Source of the DNA: a bacterium
GTDB taxonomy: Bacteria > Methylomirabilota > Methylomirabilia > CAVQYV01
Length of the DNA stretch: 24,993 nt
Direction of reading: 5' to 3'
NCBI GenBank assembly: GCA_043800755.1
Contig: JAZDMQ010000166.1
Location: 1-24,993 of the forward strand
The position numbers were made by a program, and so were the translations under genes. Shown here piece by piece: positions 19,850 to 24,993 of this stretch. Numbering within the stretch: position 1 is the first letter of the stretch; each line of letters opens with the position of its first letter. The notes under the pieces are model-generated. The model did no database searches, was not told the origin of the DNA, and worked only from the letters and a program-made list of their open reading frames with translations.

Positions 19850-20205
19850 ATGCGCTCTCCGAGAACGATCCTGTTGGTCCTTTTGGTCGTGCTGGCCTTC
19901 CTATGGTTAGGCAGCGAATGGGTCCAGGGGGCCGATGAGGGATGGCTCACACCTGGAAAGAGCTTCCCCAAGCAAAGGCAGAGAAGGGAAAAGTCTTGAC
20001 GGTGAAGGCCAAGACCAAGAAGGGGATCGTCTGTGTTTTGGTGAACACCGGCAAAAAGGATTTCGACTGGGATCTGGCCAACAATAGAAAGATGTCCCTC
20101 GATCCCTTTCAGTATGCCACCCCGGAGAAGCCGAGCTTTACGGTCAAGGTGGATCGCTGCGACGACCCGGAAGGCAAGCTCTGGTATTCTTATGGGACGA
20201 AATAG
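19850..20205 (+). pseudogene. Small secreted hypothetical protein split by an apparent single-base frameshift
   Basis: ATG 19850 encodes the signal peptide MRSPRTILLVLLVVLAFLWLGSEWVQGADEGW and stops at 19999; the mature-looking domain continues in the -1 frame (19942-20205). Confidence 0.55.
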
Positions 20206-20331
20206 GTGGGGAGGCCCCGGCCCATGGTGGGGAAGAGGCACCCTGTTTTGGAAGGACGACGGAGAGGGCCTTCGGGCCCTGACCATTAAGCACCCCTCCG
20301 AATGGGGCGGCCACCTCCAGGAGGTGTGGAG

Positions 20332-21258
20332 ATGGGATTCGGCTGGGAAGGCAAGACGATCTTGATCATCGGGGATGTGGTGCTGGATATCTATCGACGA
20401 GGCCGGGTCATCCGCCTCTCTCCGGAGGCGCCGGTGCCCGTCATTCTGAATCCGGCGGAGGAGTTCTGCCTGGGGGGCGCCGCCAATATTGCCCGCAACA
20501 TCTCCGCTTTGGAGGGTAAAGCAATCCTGGCCGCCTGCGTCGGCCAAGACCCCGAGGGTTCTCGCCTGGCGGAGATGGCGGAGGAGGCAGGGATTGCCTG
20601 CTCCTTCTTTCACGAGGTGCACAAGCCCACCACCACCAAGACGCGTATTGTAGGGATGCCGGCCCATCAGCAGATCTGCCGCATCGACCATGAGGATGTC
20701 GCCCCGATCGGCGAGGAATCCCGGCAGCGTCTTTTGGAGTCAGCCAGGAGGCTGGCGGAGCAAGCCGACCTCATCATCGTCTCCGATTATCGCAAGGGCA
20801 TGATCTTCCCCGGACTGGTTGCCGAGCTGGCAAGGTCCGACCGCAAGGTCATCGTGGACCCCAAGGGATCTGATATCTCCCTGTATCGGGGGGCCTGGGC
20901 GATCATCCCCAATTGGGCGGAGGCCGAGGAACTGGTGGGGATTACCAATGGTGGAAATATTGATTGGGTGGGCAAGAGCCTCTGCTCCGCCTCGGGCTGT
21001 GAGTGGGTCATTGTGACCCGGCACGGGGAGGGTGCCTCGGTTTACAGTCACGCGCTGATTGAACACATTGGTCCCCAGGCCAAGGAGGTGTTGGACCCGA
21101 CCGGGGCGGGGGATACCTTCACGGCCGTCTTTGCCCTGGGGATTGCCGCGGGAATGGGTGGGGCTGAGGCAGCCAGGATCGCTAACCGGGCGGCAGGCAT
21201 GGTGGTGGGCAAAATGGGCACGGCCTTTGTGGGATTGGAGGAGCTCAGGGGGGATTAG
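20332..21258 (+). CDS. PfkB-family RfaE/HldE domain I-like heptose-7-phosphate kinase (stand-alone)
   Basis: IIGDVVLD, RLSPEAPVPV, GGAANIA, TTTKTR, SDYRKG, VDPK, DPTGAGDT; start ATG 20332 after AGGAGG. Confidence 0.88.
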   Translation: MGFGWEGKTILIIGDVVLDIYRRGRVIRLSPEAPVPVILNPAEEFCLGGAANIARNISALEGKAILAACVGQDPEGSRLAEMAEEAGIACSFFHEVHKPTTTKTRIVGMPAHQQICRIDHEDVAPIGEESRQRLLESARRLAEQADLIIVSDYRKGMIFPGLVAELARSDRKVIVDPKGSDISLYRGAWAIIPNWAEAEELVGITNGGNIDWVGKSLCSASGCEWVIVTRHGEGASVYSHALIEHIGPQAKEVLDPTGAGDTFTAVFALGIAAGMGGAEAARIANRAAGMVVGKMGTAFVGLEELRGD

Positions 21259-21300
21259 GGTGGTTTTTGTCTTTCCTCCTCGCTGGGCCTGCAAAACCAC

Positions 21301-21329
21301 TCGACAAGCCGCACTCCATTTAGTATAAT
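21301..21329 (+). promoter_or_regulatory. Stable-RNA-type sigma70 promoter TCGACA-N17-TATAAT followed by a GC-rich discriminator
   Basis: Near-consensus hexamers ~110 nt upstream of the tRNA. Confidence 0.75.
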
Positions 21330-21437
21330 GCCGCCCTTCCCCAATAAGTTTTTTGCTCCTTATCCTGAGGGAGGGCGCAGAGGGACTGACCACACGGCCC
21401 TGCCCGGGAGGAGGGGATGGGGAACGGGAAAGGCTTT

Positions 21438-21513
21438 GGGGGGATAGCTCAGTCGGGAGAGCGCTGCTTTCGCAAGGCAGAGGTCGGGGGTTCGAATCCC
21501 CTTCCCTCCACCA
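21438..21513 (+). tRNA. tRNA-Ala (anticodon CGC)
   Basis: 76-nt cloverleaf: acceptor GGGGGGA/TCCCTCC with G3:U70, anticodon arm CTGCT-TTCGCAA-GGCAG, GTTCGAATC T-loop, encoded CCA. Confidence 0.97.
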
Positions 21514-21524
21514 ATGGTCATTTC

Positions 21525-21561
21525 AGCCCCTGGCGGCCACGTGCCACCAGGGGCTTTTTTT
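21525..21561 (+). terminator. Rho-independent terminator of the tRNA
   Basis: AGCCCCTGGCGGC-cacgt-GCCACCAGGGGCT followed by a T-run. Confidence 0.88.
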
Positions 21562-21852
21562 ATGTGTTGTATTCCCTTCCCTCCAGGCGGATATCGAGCA
21601 GGCGGTCTGATTTGCCCTGAATGGCCGGTAATCTCTCTATTAGATGTTGAGCGAAATGAGCTAACGGCTGCTCTTCCTTTGTTTACCATTCCTTGATCTT
21701 GCTGAGCACTTCTTGGCCCGGCATCGGCCGGATCTGATTTGAACATCGGGGCCTGCGGGCGGTTCTGAAGATTTGATTTATAGCAGCCGCCCATTCTTTT
21801 CTTTACTTGAATGAATAAGGTACCTTCAGCCCCGCCCGGGTTACAACTCGAT

Positions 21853-21920
21853 GTCGGCGCGCACAGCCAGGCGAAAACCCTTGACAAGCTTGTCAAGGGT
21901 TGAGCCGCGAGCACGCCGAC
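21853..21920. repeat. Long palindromic element with perfect 26-bp core AACCCTTGACAAGCTTGTCAAGGGTT
   Basis: Core at 21876-21901; outer arms GTCGGCG (21853-21859) and CGCCGAC (21914-21920). Confidence 0.8.
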
Positions 21921-21947
21921 TAAAATTTTTGACATATTCGAAATCCT

Positions 21948-22577
21948 TTACTGCTCACTGAAGGAATCGTGATTGTAACTGTGAACAGGTTTAGCACCAA
22001 GTTCTAGCAGATTGGCATTGGCGCTGTCCTCAAAAGTATAAAGCCGCTTACCCCATAAAGCGATTTCGCGGCAGAATTGTTCGGTCTTGCCGCCGGGCTC
22101 AGCGTATGCAACGAAAACTGCATCGGCAAGTGCGGCTACAAAGCGATTCCTTAAAATGGCAATATCGACCGTAATGCGACGTTGTTTTGAAGCAAAGGGC
22201 GAAAGCAATAATAGGCGTCCATCCGCAAGCGGCTGCTTAAATTCTCCGCGCAGGCGCATTCCTTCAATGCTTCGGGCCGGACACACAAGAACAGACTGTT
22301 TTCCCCGGAGTAGAATGTTCAGGCACTCTCTCTCCATGGGTGAGTGAAAGCCCCCAATCACCGTGGTCCCCGCCTCACGCCATTGCTTCGCCAGATCATA
22401 GGTTTGAAGAATAAGGTTGCCTGGACATTTGACTGAACACATCAGCGCCAGAGGTTTGTGTTGCAAGAGATCAAGATTACCCAGGGCGGCAACGTTCTCT
22501 AGAACTTGGCTGTCGAGACAACGCCGCAGTTGTGATGGATAGTGAGTATCGCCCTGTTTAAGGCAAACGATTTCCAT
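21948..22577 (-). CDS. Short DprA/SMF (SLOG superfamily) protein
   Basis: ALGNLDLL, VIGGFHSPME, CPARSI, LLLLSPF, AILRNRFVAALADAVFVAYAEPGGKT; Rossmann domain only. Confidence 0.8.
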   Translation of the reverse strand: MEIVCLKQGDTHYPSQLRRCLDSQVLENVAALGNLDLLQHKPLALMCSVKCPGNLILQTYDLAKQWREAGTTVIGGFHSPMERECLNILLRGKQSVLVCPARSIEGMRLRGEFKQPLADGRLLLLSPFASKQRRITVDIAILRNRFVAALADAVFVAYAEPGGKTEQFCREIALWGKRLYTFEDSANANLLELGAKPVHSYNHDSFSEQ

Positions 22578-22646
22578 GCAGATTAGCCTACTTGAACCAT
22601 GAGCCTATTCTTAGCATCTTATTAGCATGGGGTGCTAATATTGCGC

Positions 22647-23045
22647 TTATAGAATTGCGGGGTAAAGGAAAAATTTGGACTTGCTGGCCAACTTGAGGGC
22701 AATCAATTTTTGCCTGTCCCTTTGCTCTGGCCAGCCGGTAATATTTGCGTGAAGAGGATGGGAAGTGGGGTCCGGCTCCAGTTTTAATTCCCGATCTGCG
22801 CTTGAAACATCCGAGGCCAGAATATCCGCCCGGCCGACTAACGGCTTATTCCGAGGGACGGCCACGTTCTGGTCCCCCAGTTCCCATATTCTCTCTTCAC
22901 GGAGTCCTGAGGAGCGGTAAACCGAAATCCTCAGATTGGACGGGGGCATGAAAGCGTTGTGCCGAACGCTTCCGTCGGATCGCCTATAGGAATTCTCATC
23001 CAGCACATACCGCGTCAATCGCTCGGTCGGAAGTATCGTGTCCAA
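22647..23045 (-). CDS. Hypothetical protein, putative ADP-ribosyltransferase/RES-like toxin
   Basis: GAGGT SD plus TTG start; pattern ERLTR...AFMP...ISVYR...HANITG is consistent with ART-fold R-S-H strands (inference). Confidence 0.6.
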   Translation of the reverse strand: MDTILPTERLTRYVLDENSYRRSDGSVRHNAFMPPSNLRISVYRSSGLREERIWELGDQNVAVPRNKPLVGRADILASDVSSADRELKLEPDPTSHPLHANITGWPEQRDRQKLIALKLASKSKFFLYPAIL

Positions 23046-23054
23046 TGTTTACCT

Positions 23055-23555
23055 CTATGAGGGAAACAGCCGCCGGATACTATCGATAATAATACGAGGA
23101 ATCGACTCGGTGAAATTCTCGGTTCCATGTATTTCGCTGCCGGGGCCAAAAATCCCCGCATAGGCAATGGTGTTGTTGCCGCTGACGCTCAGAACAAACG
23201 TAAATTGATTTTCTTTATACCACTCTATGGCCATATCCCCTGTCGGCTCGGGAACGATCTCCGGAGGAGGAAGATACGTAGGCAACAGCTCGAGCAACTT
23301 CGCAGCTTCAAAGTATGCCTTCTCGGATATCGGCTCCGCGCCGTAACCATCCCAATTCGGCGATCTGCAATCCAGGAAAACGTCCATGAGAGAGGAACGG
23401 ACACGGGAGATTTGCTGACCCGAGGCCGTTTCCAAATGCTGACGACGAATATTCTTAATAGAACCTTGAAGCATATTGGATTCGTCGCTAATCCCGTAGC
23501 TACTGGAGGTTGTCGTAATAAGAGGGTAATGAAGATTTATATATGCAACACTCAT
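23055..23555 (-). CDS. Hypothetical protein with NWDGYGAEPI motif, putative antitoxin
   Basis: ATG at 23555 overlaps the upstream stop (ATGA); S/T-rich N-terminus, then PNWDGYGAEPIS...PEIVPEPTGDMAIEW. Confidence 0.7.
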   Translation of the reverse strand: MSVAYINLHYPLITTTSSSYGISDESNMLQGSIKNIRRQHLETASGQQISRVRSSLMDVFLDCRSPNWDGYGAEPISEKAYFEAAKLLELLPTYLPPPEIVPEPTGDMAIEWYKENQFTFVLSVSGNNTIAYAGIFGPGSEIHGTENFTESIPRIIIDSIRRLFPS

Positions 23556-24286
23556 TTGCAAAGCTCCACGGTTTTTTCAGTGATACTCTCAAAAAATATT
23601 TTATTCTTAAAGCCACGCAGTTGATCGATGGTTTCCCAGATCTCTGTTGCGCCAACACTATGTTGGACTTCCCTGAAAACGTCTATATCCAAGATCACAG
23701 GAACCACATTGGATGCCTCCACAGGCTCGAGCGATTGGCTGATGATGGCTACGAAATCCAGAGACGGCTCGCGAATCACATTTCGCGTTAAAAAGCTGAT
23801 TAATCCTTGAGGTAGGTTTTGCGGAATGGTTGGGGGAGCGGTCAAGTAATCGCTGAAATCCCGGATCGGCAATGGAATCTCAAGTCGGTTGATATAGCGT
23901 AACGCCACTCTCGTGACCAATTCAGGAGATGTCGCTCCCACATACAACTGCCAAAGGCGATGGGCCACCTTGCGCAAATTCTCCCAGGTCTCATAAGGTG
24001 TTAATCGACTGAATGTGAAGCCGTCCAAGCGGACCTGAACAACCTGTTTTTTATCAGAGGAAGTGCACAAATAGCCGTCGACGCCGGACGTTGTTTCCGA
24101 CTTCATTGTTTTAAACTCGATTTTGCTTTCGAGGCGAATCCGCTCCCGCTTTTCAGGATACTCGTTCGCAACCAAGGCACAGACTGATTGCAGGGTCGAT
24201 AGGTCTGTTTCAGGGCCAAGTTTTACCCTGATATCAACCAATGCCTCAGTAATCGGCGCTTTATCCAAATGTCTCGGAGCGACCAT
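23552..24286 (-). CDS. TIGR04255-family protein (putative SecB-like fold)
   Basis: LDKAPITEALVDIR, YETWENL, RVALRYINRL, ILDIDV, LRGFKNKIFFESIT are recognisable family motifs; AAGGA SD. Confidence 0.85.
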   Translation of the reverse strand: MVAPRHLDKAPITEALVDIRVKLGPETDLSTLQSVCALVANEYPEKRERIRLESKIEFKTMKSETTSGVDGYLCTSSDKKQVVQVRLDGFTFSRLTPYETWENLRKVAHRLWQLYVGATSPELVTRVALRYINRLEIPLPIRDFSDYLTAPPTIPQNLPQGLISFLTRNVIREPSLDFVAIISQSLEPVEASNVVPVILDIDVFREVQHSVGATEIWETIDQLRGFKNKIFFESITEKTVELCK

Positions 24287-24349
24287 GTTCCTTAAGTTGA
24301 TCTCAAACGATAACGAAAAACCATCAGAGGCAAGTACGGCTTCATCAAC

Positions 24350-24378
24350 ATTATATTCGCATATCTAACGTTTATCAA
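24350..24378 (-). promoter_or_regulatory. Near-consensus sigma70 promoter TTGATA-N17-TATAAT for the TIGR04255 operon
   Basis: -35 at 24378-24373, -10 at 24355-24350, ~64 nt upstream of ATG 24286. Confidence 0.75.
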
Positions 24379-24483
24379 CATAATCATCTTCTTTTATGTC
24401 CCTTCCCATCCGATACTTGATGTCGTAGTTGATGATTATGAAATGTGGTTGCGTCCTACTCGTCTTCATCATCGCGCCAACCG

Positions 24484-24729
24484 TCAAATCAATCTGACTT
24501 GCCAACCGCGCTGTTCAAGCTTTTGCTTCAACTCTTGGTTCAAATCTCCATTATCGCACTTAAATGTATTCATCTTCATTGCAAGACAAAGGAGGTGCGC
24601 CGGGCGGGTCATGGCGACGTAATGAAGCTTGAGGCGGGATTGTTGTGGCTCACTCGCCCCTATCCCCCCACAATTATTGCCACACAACCAAGGCAGCAAT
24701 TGTTCAAGATTGTGTTTGATATAAAACGT
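24484..24729 (-). pseudogene. 3' remnant of a UvrD/GajB-like superfamily 1 helicase, interrupted by an IS
   Basis: RLKLHYVAMTRPAHLLCLA (SF1 motif VI) and GWQV C-terminus; similarity stops at the IS end, and the ORF-track ATG lies inside the IS terminus. Confidence 0.75.
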
Positions 24730-24993
24730 CATTACTGTCCGGTTAAGGAATTTTGAATCGTGTGTAACACACTATCAAATATACGAATTTCGTACAAAAC
24801 AGGATTTTTCGATTTGAATTTCTTCAACCCCTTTTCAGGCTACACTACTCCAAATTCACCATTTGGAGGTAGCCTCAATGAATTCGGGGAAGATTGTTTT
24901 TTCTCAACTGATGCATATCCTGCCACGGTACGAGTTCCACAAATGTGTGCAGCGTTACCAGGGCAACAGAAGGGTTCGAGACTTTTCGTGTTG
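24730..24993 (+). mobile_element. Left end of an IS4-family insertion sequence (continues beyond window)
   Basis: Terminus CATTACTGTCCGGTTAA resembles IS4-family (IS4Sa-like) terminal inverted repeats; the transposase starts 148 nt inside. Confidence 0.85.
24878..24993 (+). CDS. IS4-family transposase N-terminus (DUF4372), partial
   Basis: Not in ORF track. GGAGG SD, then MNSGKIVFSQLMHILPRYEFHKCVQRYQGNRRVRDFSC, a characteristic DUF4372 start. Confidence 0.9.
   Translation, partial: MNSGKIVFSQLMHILPRYEFHKCVQRYQGNRRVRDFSC

Noticed and set aside
18584..20240. Shared 12-mer GGGGAAGAGGCA in two intergenic regions (18584-18595 and 20229-20240)
   Set aside because: Only two copies of a purine-rich word with unrelated flanks; compatible with chance
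21355..21425. SAM-I riboswitch call
   Set aside because: Too short, lacks the GCAAC and GTGC core elements, and precedes a tRNA rather than a sulfur/methionine gene
21853..21920. Integron attC site
   Set aside because: Outer arms are oriented GTC...GAC rather than RYYYAAC...GTTRRRY; there is no integrase or repeated attC array
21360..21935. 191-aa minus-strand ORF and small ORFs overlapping the tRNA
   Set aside because: They overlap the tRNA, terminator or palindrome and have no recognisable domain
22620..22640. CIRCE (HrcA) element
   Set aside because: Shares TTAGCA/TGCTAA ends but lacks CTC/GAG and the 9-nt spacer
24344..24402. dif/Xer recombination site
   Set aside because: A TTATGTTGA half resembles a XerD arm, but no partner arm sits at the 6-bp spacing; better explained as promoter/operator
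24730..24732. ATG start for an independent 82-aa gene
   Set aside because: The ATG is the complement of the IS terminal CAT; the ORF is a helicase fragment
1..24993. CRISPR array or tandem repeat array
   Set aside because: No regularly spaced direct repeats or cas genes seen

Overview
GC-rich bacterial chromosome segment; the gene content suggests a Deltaproteobacteria/Desulfobacterota-like organism (inference). 1-13797 is a minus-strand run: lytic transglycosylase, LMW phosphatase, rpiB, glyA, dCMP deaminase, sirC-like, hemC and cobA/hemD. It is coupled directly to a WbpB/D/E/I-type diacetamido-uronate sugar pathway, then an apparently autoregulated MarR/EPS-type regulator and wzm/wzt. 13929-21513 is plus strand: mazG, DUF3047-like protein, a broken metalloenzyme gene, TIM-barrel protein, nfeD, stomatin, cupin, a frameshifted secreted protein, RfaE-like kinase and tRNA-Ala(CGC). 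Downstream of the tRNA is a visibly AT-richer defence-island-like region. It holds a short DprA/SLOG protein, a three-gene operon with its own promoter (TIGR04255-like protein, WDGYGA protein, ART-like small protein) and the 3' remnant of a GajB-like UvrD helicase cut by an IS4-family (DUF4372) element running off the window. The best novel-system candidate is the three-gene operon, a possible chaperone-antitoxin-toxin anti-phage module. All family calls come from motif recognition by eye, not database searches.
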